A stretch of DNA of 64,000 bases from Candidatus Hydrogenedentota bacterium. Lineage in GTDB: Bacteria > Hydrogenedentota > Hydrogenedentia > Hydrogenedentales > SLHB01. The translations under genes and the position numbers were made by a program. Shown piece by piece: positions 1-9,408 of this stretch (positions are counted from its first letter, which is position 1; every line of letters begins with the position of its first letter). The notes under the pieces were generated by a model. That model searched no databases. It was not told where the DNA came from and worked only from the letters and a program-made list of their open reading frames with translations. Location of the stretch: contig CAVUWV010000024.1 of the NCBI GenBank assembly GCA_963745075.1, forward strand, positions 192,001-256,000, in the 5' to 3' direction.

Positions 1-2
1 AA

Positions 3-2102
3 ATGCAGACAGAACCCGAGCCCAACCTCTTGCTGCGATTGGCGCTTTCCTATCGCGAAAGTGTCGTGACGCGTTTGACCGAAGCCGAGGACGCGTTCGC
101 GGTCGGCACGATCGACGAAGCGCAATTCGGCTCGACGTTACACCAGCTTCAGTCGGAGCGAAAGGTATCGGACGCCGCCATCGATCGGTTTCGAAGGCTG
201 GCCCAGAAACGTGGGGAATCATTGCGTGCGGAATTGCGGGCCTGCCGGTATGAGCAGGCTCACCTGCCCGAGCGCGTCGCATCCCGAGAATTAACCCCGG
301 CAATCGCCAACGACCGGAACCGGGCGTTGGCCGCCCGGATCGAAGACTTCCGCACCAAACTGCGCTACGCGGAGGCGAGTGTGCTCGCGAAGACCGCCGA
401 GGAACTCGGTGGCTTCATCGATCTGCCCTTCGATCAATATGCCGCCAGCATTGCCGCTGCGTCCGCCGCCGCAGCCTTGCCCCCTCCGGCTCCTACGGGC
501 AATCCCAAACGCTGGGAGTTGGCGGTCGCCATCATCGGAGCGGCGGTTTGCGCCGTATCCCTCTTCTTGCCTTGGGCCGTTCATGGTGGAAACACCGTTT
601 CCCTCTTCTCGGGCGGCCTGGCTCGGACTTTGGGAGAGCCGAGCCATTACGTGGCGCTCGCCTGGATCGGGTACGGCGTGATGCCTTGGCTGGCCGTGGT
701 GCTGCTGCTTCGCGCACGGGGCGCCGCGCTCGGGTGGAGTGTTCTGGGGACGGGACTTGTCATGCTTGCCGGCGCACTCACACCAATGCTGCTCGCGGGA
801 GCCGACCGGGTCCACGAAGGGGATATCCTGCAGCTTTGGTCGGCCGTTCATCTTGGGCCCGCGATCTACGCCGGGTCCGCAATCCTGCTCATTGTCATAG
901 GAGCGGCGCGCGTCAGTCCATGGGAAGATTCATTGGCCCACGCCCTGACCGTGTCGCTCGCCCTGGCCGGTACAGTTGCCGTCCTTGCCGGTCTGTTCGC
1001 CGTGTTCCTGTTTTTCGGCCCCCAAACGGGCAGCGTACAGTTCAGCGCGTCCCTGAGTGAAGGTGGAGACACTATACGCGTCGTATGCCGGAACGAGGGT
1101 CGCAACGCGATTTACGTGGCCGTACCATGGCCGGATGAAGATGCTGGCGCCCTCGTGGCTGCCAGCAGTGGACCCTTGTATGGTGTGCGCGTGGAGGTTC
1201 GCGAGGCGGAGGAGACGGAATTCAGTCCCTTGCCCTACTCCCAGAATCCCTGGAGCCTGCCGCAGACCCCACTACTGGAAGGACCAACCGTGGAGATCCC
1301 CCCGGGGATCGGCCAGGTCCTAATCCTCGATCTCAGACAATTGAGTGTCGTTGGCGCCGACGCTCAAGCCATCCGGCTCATATTCGTCCGGCGGAATGGC
1401 GCAGAAGTGAGCCGATTTGAAGCTTCCCTGCCGACTCGATACCTGTCGCCGACGCCCGAGACCCGAGTGCCAGTAACAGTTCCACGGCCGAACACCACGC
1501 CGCTTCCGAAGGGCAAGCCTGAACCGAAAACCAAGAAGGAAACAGCTCCGGAGTCCGTCGAGCGTGCGACCCCGCCCACCGGGTGGTTTGCTTTTGTCGG
1601 TGGCGTTGGCGACAAGGTAGCCATCGCGACGTGGGACGGTGCCGGCGTGTCGACCGGTTCCCGGCTGCTTGCTGCCGGCGACGCGATTGGGGAAGGGTGG
1701 TACCTGGTGTCCGTGGATTCCTCGTCCGGCGCGATTATCGTCCATCACGACCCTAGCGGAACCCAAGTCGATCTGCCGAAGGGCGAGCGAATGTCGTTCG
1801 GGAATGTCTCGCGTCGTGGGGATCGCTTAATTCTTCCGTTTCGGGAAGAAGGGGAAGAGGCGCCGGATCTCGTCGTCGGCCGGTTGATGACCGTATTCGC
1901 AGATCTCGAAGGCCTCGGCGTATCGCACTTTCTTGGCCCGGTTGGGTCCGTACCACTTCTTGAGACCGGGCTGCGCGATTTTCGCATGGGACACGAAGAA
2001 TCCGTCCCACGCTTCCCTCAACCATGTCCGTCGCGCCTGGGGGTCTTCCGGAACGGAATCCAATTGCCCCTGCAACCATGGCAGCCACTCGTAGACCTGT
2101 GA
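3..2102 (+). CDS. Hypothetical multi-pass membrane protein (N-terminal coiled coil, several TM helices, C-terminal soluble domains); true 3' end probably near 1800-1830
   Basis: Long ORF with hydrophobic segments at about aa 170-340 and a Pro/Lys-rich linker; last ~92 codons run antisense into the next gene. Confidence 0.6.
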   Translation: MQTEPEPNLLLRLALSYRESVVTRLTEAEDAFAVGTIDEAQFGSTLHQLQSERKVSDAAIDRFRRLAQKRGESLRAELRACRYEQAHLPERVASRELTPAIANDRNRALAARIEDFRTKLRYAEASVLAKTAEELGGFIDLPFDQYAASIAAASAAAALPPPAPTGNPKRWELAVAIIGAAVCAVSLFLPWAVHGGNTVSLFSGGLARTLGEPSHYVALAWIGYGVMPWLAVVLLLRARGAALGWSVLGTGLVMLAGALTPMLLAGADRVHEGDILQLWSAVHLGPAIYAGSAILLIVIGAARVSPWEDSLAHALTVSLALAGTVAVLAGLFAVFLFFGPQTGSVQFSASLSEGGDTIRVVCRNEGRNAIYVAVPWPDEDAGALVAASSGPLYGVRVEVREAEETEFSPLPYSQNPWSLPQTPLLEGPTVEIPPGIGQVLILDLRQLSVVGADAQAIRLIFVRRNGAEVSRFEASLPTRYLSPTPETRVPVTVPRPNTTPLPKGKPEPKTKKETAPESVERATPPTGWFAFVGGVGDKVAIATWDGAGVSTGSRLLAAGDAIGEGWYLVSVDSSSGAIIVHHDPSGTQVDLPKGERMSFGNVSRRGDRLILPFREEGEEAPDLVVGRLMTVFADLEGLGVSHFLGPVGSVPLLETGLRDFRMGHEESVPRFPQPCPSRLGVFRNGIQLPLQPWQPLVDL

Positions 2103-2648
2103 TTCCATGGCGTCCAGCATGTGCAACTTCGTTTCCATCACATCCGTCACATCGACCGCGATATCGGCTCGAAACGGGATGGGGCGCTGAAACGCGTCGA
2201 CCATGTACAAAAAAACCGGATTGCGCTCCAGTCGCGGTGCCTCCGGACAAAATCCGGGGACCGTAACCATGAAGGCCGCGTCTTGGACCAGAAGCGACGT
2301 GTATCGATGGTCCGGGTGGTAATCGTTGGTCCGGTGAGTCAGGACGATGTCCGCTTCCCAGCGACGGATGATGCGAACGACTTCTTTGCGGGCCTCGAGC
2401 GTGGCCTCCAATTCCCCATCATGATAGCCGAGGATCAGTTCCTGCACGCCGCCGCGCTCCGCCGACAGCCGGGCTTCCGCCATCCTCCGTTGCGCAAGTA
2501 CGCCCCCCGACCCGGCGTAGTGGCCAATGTCGCCGTTCGTCATCGAAACGAAAAGCACCCGGTGCCCCGCACGAGCCCACAGGACGGCTGTGCCGCCCAC
2601 GAAACATTCACAATCGTCGGGATGAGCGCCTACGCAGACAATGTTCAT
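1827..2648 (-). CDS. PIG-L/LmbE family deacetylase
   Basis: N-terminal GAHPDD and later HPDH metal-binding motifs. Confidence 0.9.
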   Translation of the reverse strand: MNIVCVGAHPDDCECFVGGTAVLWARAGHRVLFVSMTNGDIGHYAGSGGVLAQRRMAEARLSAERGGVQELILGYHDGELEATLEARKEVVRIIRRWEADIVLTHRTNDYHPDHRYTSLLVQDAAFMVTVPGFCPEAPRLERNPVFLYMVDAFQRPIPFRADIAVDVTDVMETKLHMLDAMESQVYEWLPWLQGQLDSVPEDPQARRTWLREAWDGFFVSHAKIAQPGLKKWYGPNRAKKVRYAEAFEICEYGHQPADDEIRRLFPFFPKRKN

Positions 2649-3388
2649 GGTTGCGAGGTATCAGCCGACCCTGCCGAGTCCGGAGCCTCGGGCGTACTGG
2701 TCGCCGAAGTGCCGGGCGCGCCGGATTCACTCTCACCGCCACCCGTTATCGTAACGCGGATCGGATTGCATTGCACGGCTTTGGTCGAAATATCCGAGGT
2801 TGCACTGTGCGGATCGATGACGTTCTCATGGGTTCCTTCAGGCAACAGGAAAAGCTCCCCGTCGATCGTGGCGAGGAAGGTTTTCGGGATGTGGTCGAAT
2901 GCTGAAAACAGATCGACAGTAACCTCCACGTCACTGTGTCTTGTGTCCTTTCCAAAAACACCTTCGATGCTGCCTACGGACTTCCCATCAACCATGATGT
3001 TGGCCCGCAATACCACCGGCGTCTGATCGAAGTCCCGGCTCGCCATCACCCGGTACACCGCATTCAGTTGCTTTGGAATTGGCGGCGTTATGTCGACATT
3101 CACTATCGACAAACGGTTCCGGCGGTTGTCAACTTCGTCAACCTTGACGTTTTCAGCGTACGAATCCTTAGCAATCCGGGCTTCCACCCAGATGCCTTGT
3201 TCGGCATCGCCAATGTCCGTCTTGACCGGTACGGACGTACTCGTTTCGACCGATGAGAGATCGTTCAGGTCCAACCCCTGTTCGTCGTCGGGAGACCAGG
3301 GTTTCTTAGGCGTGCAAGCGCACATGGAAAGGATTACGACTGCTAAAGGTATGTATCGAAGCTTCATAACGACGTTCACCCGTATCAA
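2645..3388 (-). CDS. Hypothetical lipoprotein
   Basis: Signal peptide with Cys (LSMCAC); 4-bp overlap with the downstream gene; start uncertain. Confidence 0.6.
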   Translation of the reverse strand: MIRVNVVMKLRYIPLAVVILSMCACTPKKPWSPDDEQGLDLNDLSSVETSTSVPVKTDIGDAEQGIWVEARIAKDSYAENVKVDEVDNRRNRLSIVNVDITPPIPKQLNAVYRVMASRDFDQTPVVLRANIMVDGKSVGSIEGVFGKDTRHSDVEVTVDLFSAFDHIPKTFLATIDGELFLLPEGTHENVIDPHSATSDISTKAVQCNPIRVTITGGGESESGAPGTSATSTPEAPDSAGSADTSQP

Positions 3389-3472
3389 AACTGCCGAAGA
3401 TTATCCAGCCACATAGGTCAACTCGCGGACATATTCCCACGAACCCGAATCATAGCAGTCGTTGGATGGAAA

Positions 3473-4195
3473 TTAAACATCCGTCCCGCCGACCGACGGG
3501 CTCGGCTTGCGGGGTGTCGGCACGGAGGCGTTCTGCAACGCGAAAAAGAATGCGTCGCGGTCCTTGTAGTCCGTGATAAATGTCGTGGCGCCCGCGTCTT
3601 GAAGGCGCTGCACATTCGATTCGTGGACGATGCCAACGAACCGCATTCCCAGCTCCGAGGCGGTCTGCACGTCCCACACCCCATCGCCAACGTAGATGAC
3701 TTCATCGGGTTCAATACCGCTTCGTTCGATTGCCACCTGCGCGATTTCGGCGCGCGAGATTCCGTCGTTGGCAAACGCGCCCGGCATCTGCGTGCCATCG
3801 ATGCCAATGCGGCCCAGTTTGAAGAGCGCCGTCTGACGCATTCCCCCGGTCGCCAGCGCGGCGCGAAGGTTCGCGGTTTCGGACATGCAGCGCAATACGT
3901 TGCGCGCGCCTGGAACGGAACGAAATTCCGCGGGCGCGCGGATAAATGCCCCTTCCAATTCCCGTTTGTAGTTGTCTTCGAACCGTTCAACTTCTTCGGC
4001 ACTCAACGACCCTCCACGATCCTCGTCGAGCAGTTCATGGAGAATGCCCACATCTGTTACGTGATTGTACCGGTGCCAATCGGTCGTTGGGATTTCCCGC
4101 CGGAATGTCTTCCGGAACGCCTTGGCGTAGCACGTGTTGTCAATCTGGCTCGTCGCTGTGAGCGTTCCGTCGATATCGAATAGGACAAGCTGCAC
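3473..4195 (-). CDS. HAD-superfamily hydrolase
   Basis: LFDIDGTL motif I right after GTG at 4195; YVGDGVWD motif IV. Confidence 0.85.
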   Translation of the reverse strand: MQLVLFDIDGTLTATSQIDNTCYAKAFRKTFRREIPTTDWHRYNHVTDVGILHELLDEDRGGSLSAEEVERFEDNYKRELEGAFIRAPAEFRSVPGARNVLRCMSETANLRAALATGGMRQTALFKLGRIGIDGTQMPGAFANDGISRAEIAQVAIERSGIEPDEVIYVGDGVWDVQTASELGMRFVGIVHESNVQRLQDAGATTFITDYKDRDAFFFALQNASVPTPRKPSPSVGGTDV

Positions 4196-4244
4196 GCTGC
4201 AAAACCTTTCTGCGTATCGGAGTCTGCCGGAACGAATGGCTCCC

Positions 4245-4565
4245 TCAGGAGTCTTCCCGATTCTTCGTCGCGTTCGACCCGGTCGAATTCGACTGGGCTT
4301 CTCGCAGGGCACGCCGAAACTCTTCGTCACCGAGCGTTTCCATAAATACATCTCGTTCCATAATTGTACGCTCCGCCCGGATAAAACGTAGATCGACCAG
4401 AACGCAGAAGAGCACAACCAGGAACAACAGCAAAAACAGGCCCCAATACCCCAGAAACAACCACGGAGAAACGACAGACGCTTTTAACTTGACGCCGAAC
4501 AACACCATCGCGCCGCAACACGCGAGGCAGATTCCTCCTACCAGACGCCAATGAGCCTGTTTCAC
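4245..4565 (-). CDS. Small two-TM membrane protein
   Basis: Two hydrophobic helices then a charged tail; co-oriented with neighbours. Confidence 0.6.
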   Translation of the reverse strand: MKQAHWRLVGGICLACCGAMVLFGVKLKASVVSPWLFLGYWGLFLLLFLVVLFCVLVDLRFIRAERTIMERDVFMETLGDEEFRRALREAQSNSTGSNATKNREDS

Positions 4566-4670
4566 TTCCGCAAGTCCTTACAGGTTCAAATCGTTATCCC
4601 GTTTCCGGGACACCACTTCAGAATCACAGCGTCTTCAGAACGAAGACGCTGTGATTTGACCGATCATTGC

Positions 4671-5087
4671 TCAAGACTCCGGAACCCACACCCGCTCCTC
4701 GTAGGTTTCCCCGGATTCCGTCTTGACCGTTCTTGTTTCCCAATGTCCGGCCTGGGCTTGCGACGTTGGAGCGGGCGCTGGAGCAGGCTGCTGCGGCGGC
4801 GGAGCTTGCTGTACCTGCTGCGTCTGCTGCTGCCTCGCCCGGCGGTCGCGGTGTTCGTCCACTTGGTCCCCGATAAGCGCACCCGTGAGGGCGCCGACAC
4901 CCGCGCCGATCAGGGCCCCTTCGCCAGACCGTCCGTGGGATTGGTTACCGATGATTGCACCGGCCCCCGCTCCCAGCATGCCACCCGCGACCGCGCCTTC
5001 CTGCGTAGGAGTCGTATTGCAGCCCGTAAAGCCTCCCAAAACGAGGGCCATCAGGGCGATTCCCATCGTCGTTCGATTCATAGTCAT
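4671..5087 (-). CDS. Glycine-zipper lipoprotein (copy 2, Gln/Pro-rich tail)
   Basis: Lipobox FTGC, then GAGAGAIIG..GALIGAGVGALTGALIG; start uncertain by a few codons. Confidence 0.8.
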   Translation of the reverse strand: MTMNRTTMGIALMALVLGGFTGCNTTPTQEGAVAGGMLGAGAGAIIGNQSHGRSGEGALIGAGVGALTGALIGDQVDEHRDRRARQQQTQQVQQAPPPQQPAPAPAPTSQAQAGHWETRTVKTESGETYEERVWVPES

Positions 5088-5119
5088 TAGGGAACACCTC
5101 CCGGACCTTCTTGCTGTCA

Positions 5120-5365
5120 CTATTTGTTCTCTTTGTCTTTATGTTCGTCTACTTGATCGCCGATCAGGGCCCCACCGAGGGCGCCAACACCCGCGCCAAT
5201 CAGGGCCCCTTCACCGGTCTTGCCGGACTGGTTGCCGATTATCGCGCCGGCGCCAGCACCGACCGCGCCACCGGTCATGGCGCCTTTTTGGGTAGGGGTA
5301 GTGTTACAGCCGAAAGCTACGCTCGCGGCTAACACCGCTACGATCGTAAGAACACGTGTAACCAT
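5120..5365 (-). CDS. Glycine-zipper lipoprotein (copy 1)
   Basis: Lipobox AFGC, same glycine-zipper core. Confidence 0.8.
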   Translation of the reverse strand: MVTRVLTIVAVLAASVAFGCNTTPTQKGAMTGGAVGAGAGAIIGNQSGKTGEGALIGAGVGALGGALIGDQVDEHKDKENK

Positions 5366-5537
5366 GGCTCCTAATCCTCGCTTTTCAAGTTTGCACACCT
5401 ACTCAAGTCTACCATATTTTGCGTACGTTGTTACCGCTTCACTGCCGAATAAGACGAAATGTGGTGTCGGCTATTCACGGATAACTTATCCCACCGAAAC
5501 GTCTTAAGTTTCGCATTCCGAAGCGGTGATTCGCTCG

Positions 5538-5566
5538 TTGCACTTCCGCGGCAGTACCGGTATAGT
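5538..5566 (+). promoter_or_regulatory. sigma70-type promoter of the MEMO1-family gene
   Basis: TTGCAC (5538-5543), 17 nt, TATAGT (5561-5566), 9 nt before ATG 5576. Confidence 0.5.
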
Positions 5567-5575
5567 ATCGCCATC

Positions 5576-6805
5576 ATGCCATTACCCCCGCTGCGATTTG
5601 TCGATGTCTCCCAATTGGAACATGAAGGTCAGATTTTGGTTTGCCTACGCGATCCCGAAGGCATCGTCAGCGACCCGGTCGTTATCAGTCCTGCGGGCTT
5701 CTTTATCGCTTCCTTACTCGACGGCGAAAATGAAATCGCCGACATCCGCCGGGCCTTCGCCGACTCGACGGGAGGGCGCGCGTTGCGCGAGAGCGACGTG
5801 GAGCAGGTTGTTACGTTCCTCGACGAGCACGGTTTCCTGTTGACCCCCACGTTTGTCGAGAAACGCGATGCGGTCCATCAGGCATTCCACCAATCCGAGG
5901 TCCGTCCGGCGTACCTCGCAGGCCGTTCCTACCCCACAGATCCCGATGAACTCAGGACTTACGTGGACGGTCTTTTCACGCGCACCGAAGGGCCCGGGGA
6001 AGTGCCCGCCAGACCCTGCGAGTCGGGCGAGCCCTTGCGCGGGCTCGTCGTTCCACATATCGACTTTGAACGGGGCGGCCACACGTACGCACACGGATTC
6101 ACCCGGATGGCCCAAGCCGGACGGCCCGACACGGTGGTCATCTTCGGTGTCGCCCACGCCGGACCGCCTGTCCCCTTTGTCATGACCCGAAAGGGATTTG
6201 AAACCCCCTTGGGCACCCTGGAAGTGGATCGCGAAATCATCGATGCGCTCACTCCCCAGGACGGTTGGGACCCCTTCGAACACGAAATCGTCCACCGAAC
6301 GGAACACTCCATCGAGTTTCAGGCGGTCATGCTCGCGTACCTCTACGGACCGGGCGTCAAGATCGTTCCCATCTTGTGCGGACCCTTCCTCTCCGAGCGG
6401 GAAGGGCTCGAACCGAATGTCGACGGGAGCGTTCGAGTATTCCTGGCAAATTGCCGCGACGTGATTGCCAATTGCGGCAAAACCGTGACGGTAATCGCCA
6501 GCGCGGACTTGGCCCACGTCGGGCAGACTTTTGGCGACGATTTCGATATTGACGACGCAATTATCTCGCAGATCCGCGCGCGAGACCTCGATGACCTTAC
6601 CCATGTCACCGCCATGCAACCGGAAGACTGGTACCGTGCCGTCATGTTGGATGAGAACCAGCGTCGGGTCTGCGGCCTTAACTGCATCTACTCGACGATG
6701 AAATGCGTCGAAGGCACCGTCACCACCGGCAAACTCGTTCATTACGACTACGCCCCCGACCCCGCCGGCGGCATCGTCTCTTTCGCGAATCTGGTGCTCC
6801 CCTGA
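5576..6805 (+). CDS. amrB: AmmeMemoRadiSam system protein B (MEMO1 family) with N-terminal PqqD/RRE-like extension
   Basis: RPAYLAGRSYP, PHID, EHSIEFQ, ASADLAHVG and VCG motifs. Confidence 0.85.
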   Translation: MPLPPLRFVDVSQLEHEGQILVCLRDPEGIVSDPVVISPAGFFIASLLDGENEIADIRRAFADSTGGRALRESDVEQVVTFLDEHGFLLTPTFVEKRDAVHQAFHQSEVRPAYLAGRSYPTDPDELRTYVDGLFTRTEGPGEVPARPCESGEPLRGLVVPHIDFERGGHTYAHGFTRMAQAGRPDTVVIFGVAHAGPPVPFVMTRKGFETPLGTLEVDREIIDALTPQDGWDPFEHEIVHRTEHSIEFQAVMLAYLYGPGVKIVPILCGPFLSEREGLEPNVDGSVRVFLANCRDVIANCGKTVTVIASADLAHVGQTFGDDFDIDDAIISQIRARDLDDLTHVTAMQPEDWYRAVMLDENQRRVCGLNCIYSTMKCVEGTVTTGKLVHYDYAPDPAGGIVSFANLVLP

Positions 6806-6806
6806 T

Positions 6807-9212
6807 TCAGGGCTCCCGAACCAGTTCCTCTTTCGTGTTGTTTTCCACGGTAACTGCGTATCCGGCGGGGGCATCCAGCCGGTAGTGGATGCCGTCCCCG
6901 GCTTTCCACCAGTGCATGGTGGCTGCCCCGTCCGGCAGGGGCCGGCGACCCTCGCACCACGCCAACGGGACTTCCGACAAGCGTAGCGTAATCGTCTTGT
7001 TCACGGGATCCACTGCGTAGACGCCCAGCACATCGCGGTAGAGTGTATGAACGATGTGCGACGCGAATCCGTGGTCGCAGCTCGCTGCCTCCGTGTCGTT
7101 TTCCCAGAGCGTACCGGTCCGTTCCGCCATGTAGAGCAGATAATCGATGGATTCCGGCAGAATTTCGGCGCCCTTGCCGTACCGAGACAACACCTCGAAG
7201 CGGAGCATGTTCCCCATAAAGGAGTTGGCGAAATGGACCTCTGGGTAGGCCTTCGTCTGTTTCCGACCCGGGCCGAACTGCGTGCAGAGCTTGTTCCAAA
7301 GGTCGGGATACGTCTCTGGCGTCGCCACGTCGAAGAAGAACGCATAGTACTGGCAGATCTCGCTGCGGTTGCGCGTGACTTCAAGTTTGCCGTCCGTCCG
7401 AACGGCATTGTCGACGAAGAATTCGCCGTCGTACGATTGATCCCGAATCACTTGCCGCAAGCGTTCCGACTCCGCTCGTAATTCAGGCATGTCGTATAAG
7501 CCGCCTACGGTATCCAACACCGCTGCGTACAACATGTTGGTGGGATAGTTCACGTCCTGCACGAACTTGTTCGCCTCCGACCATTCCACGAACACCCAAC
7601 TGTCCAGCTTCTCCAGCAGGCCGTCACCGTTCCGGTACGGCTCGAAATATTTCAATAGCGCCAATACCCGCGGTTTCAGCGCATCAATCATTGTCCGATC
7701 GTTGGTGCGGTCGAGATACTCGTTCAGCTGAATCACAAACCACATCGCCCAATTCGGAATATAGACCCCATCATTGTGATCCGCCGGATAACACATGGGA
7801 AGCATGCCTTTCGGCAAGTACTCAAAGTCGTCGGGCAGCATGAAGTTCTCGAAGAAGTTCTTCTCGACAACGGTGGTTCCACACAGGTCATAGGCCGTGC
7901 GCGCTGTGAACAGGCTATCCCCCAACCACCCCGCCCGTTCGCGAGACGGACAATCCATGAAGATATCGACGGCGTTTTGCACGAAGGTCTCGCGCCCAGC
8001 TTCGAAGAGGATGTTGAGCCGGTCGTCGCTCGCGGCAAAGTGTGCGCCCCAGGTGTCCGGATTCACGTATTCCCGCATATGGACATTCGACACCGTGCAC
8101 GCCCCGTCGAGCGCCATCAGCTTCACGTACTGCGCGGTATACGGCTCAAAGGACTCCAGGTTATACGTTCCCGGCTTCAATTCGTACAGGACGCAATTGA
8201 CGCAGCCAAGCCGCTTGAAGTCCACGTCGCCGTTCGAAAGGATTTCGTCAAACGTCATGTAGAACCGGGTTGGTTTCGTGCACTCCACGGTGGCTCCCAG
8301 GAATCCGGACCGGTTCGTGCCCAGACTAAAGATTCGATAGCTCCCCGGATCGATCGTCGCTTTGGTCTCTGGCCCGTAGACAATCCGTTCATGATCGGTT
8401 TCGTGCGAACGCATCTGCTGCAGTTCCGTTGACAGCACCATATCGAGTTCGTTTTCGGGGTACCCCTTGAGCTTGGGTCCGATATTGACCAGCGATCGAT
8501 CCTTCCACAGGTGTTCCGGTGCGACTCCGGTTTCCACCGTTCCCTCGGCCACTTGGAGTTGCGGCGGGAATTGGGTGTACGCGGGATACGAAACCCGGCG
8601 GGGGAGGAGCGGGTGGTCTGGCTGTACGGCACACGCCACCTGCGGATCGGGCGTTGCCCCGCCGGTCCGCCATGCATCCCAATCCGGACCGAGTCGATAG
8701 ACTTCAATGAATGGTCGCTGAAAACTGTACCGTTGAACCTTTTGCACGCGCTCCGTGATTACGTGGGCCTCGAAGTCTTTGCCGTCGGCGCCCGTCGCCG
8801 CCAGTACGTCGTCTCCGCGCAAAATCTCCGCGCGAACGAAGGCCGGCTGATCCAGCAGGTAATAGCTGTTCGCGTTGTAACCGGCCACTTCGATTGCAAC
8901 GTCATTGGCCCCGGCTTTCGTGAGGCTCGTGATATCCAATTCATCGACCCGGAAATAGGCGGGACACGCACGGGCCGGTCCGTGACACAGGAACTCCCCA
9001 TTCACAAACACGCGGTACAACGTCGAACCGGTGACCCGGAGCGTCACGCGTGTATCCGGTTCGCCGTCAAACGAAGCGTGGAACCCCACAAACAGATTCT
9101 TCTCCGTCTCACGATCCTTCGGCCAGATGGGGCGCGCGGCAGTGAAATGCGGTGTAACATCCGCCGATAGCGCCATAAGCGCGCTCGCGAGAACAGGAAC
9201 AATAAGACTCAT
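6807..9212 (-). CDS. Secreted GH78-like alpha-L-rhamnosidase family protein
   Basis: Signal peptide; DCPSRERAGWLGD and GTLWEN..SCDHG motifs of GH78-type barrels. Confidence 0.75.
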   Translation of the reverse strand: MSLIVPVLASALMALSADVTPHFTAARPIWPKDRETEKNLFVGFHASFDGEPDTRVTLRVTGSTLYRVFVNGEFLCHGPARACPAYFRVDELDITSLTKAGANDVAIEVAGYNANSYYLLDQPAFVRAEILRGDDVLAATGADGKDFEAHVITERVQKVQRYSFQRPFIEVYRLGPDWDAWRTGGATPDPQVACAVQPDHPLLPRRVSYPAYTQFPPQLQVAEGTVETGVAPEHLWKDRSLVNIGPKLKGYPENELDMVLSTELQQMRSHETDHERIVYGPETKATIDPGSYRIFSLGTNRSGFLGATVECTKPTRFYMTFDEILSNGDVDFKRLGCVNCVLYELKPGTYNLESFEPYTAQYVKLMALDGACTVSNVHMREYVNPDTWGAHFAASDDRLNILFEAGRETFVQNAVDIFMDCPSRERAGWLGDSLFTARTAYDLCGTTVVEKNFFENFMLPDDFEYLPKGMLPMCYPADHNDGVYIPNWAMWFVIQLNEYLDRTNDRTMIDALKPRVLALLKYFEPYRNGDGLLEKLDSWVFVEWSEANKFVQDVNYPTNMLYAAVLDTVGGLYDMPELRAESERLRQVIRDQSYDGEFFVDNAVRTDGKLEVTRNRSEICQYYAFFFDVATPETYPDLWNKLCTQFGPGRKQTKAYPEVHFANSFMGNMLRFEVLSRYGKGAEILPESIDYLLYMAERTGTLWENDTEAASCDHGFASHIVHTLYRDVLGVYAVDPVNKTITLRLSEVPLAWCEGRRPLPDGAATMHWWKAGDGIHYRLDAPAGYAVTVENNTKEELVREP

Positions 9213-9408
9213 GACAGTTCTCCTTCCCGGTCAATATAGAATTCAGCCCTTTGGAAATCTTGCCACAGCGGTCCGTCCGAACAATGTCGGCGCCTGCGAT
9301 TTGCGTGGTCTCGCCCTGCTGAGCAAATAAATGCGCAGACTGTATTCTTCTCAACATGGCACGTTGATACCCATCTCTCTTGGGGGCCAGGTCAAACGCG
9401 CCGAATCG

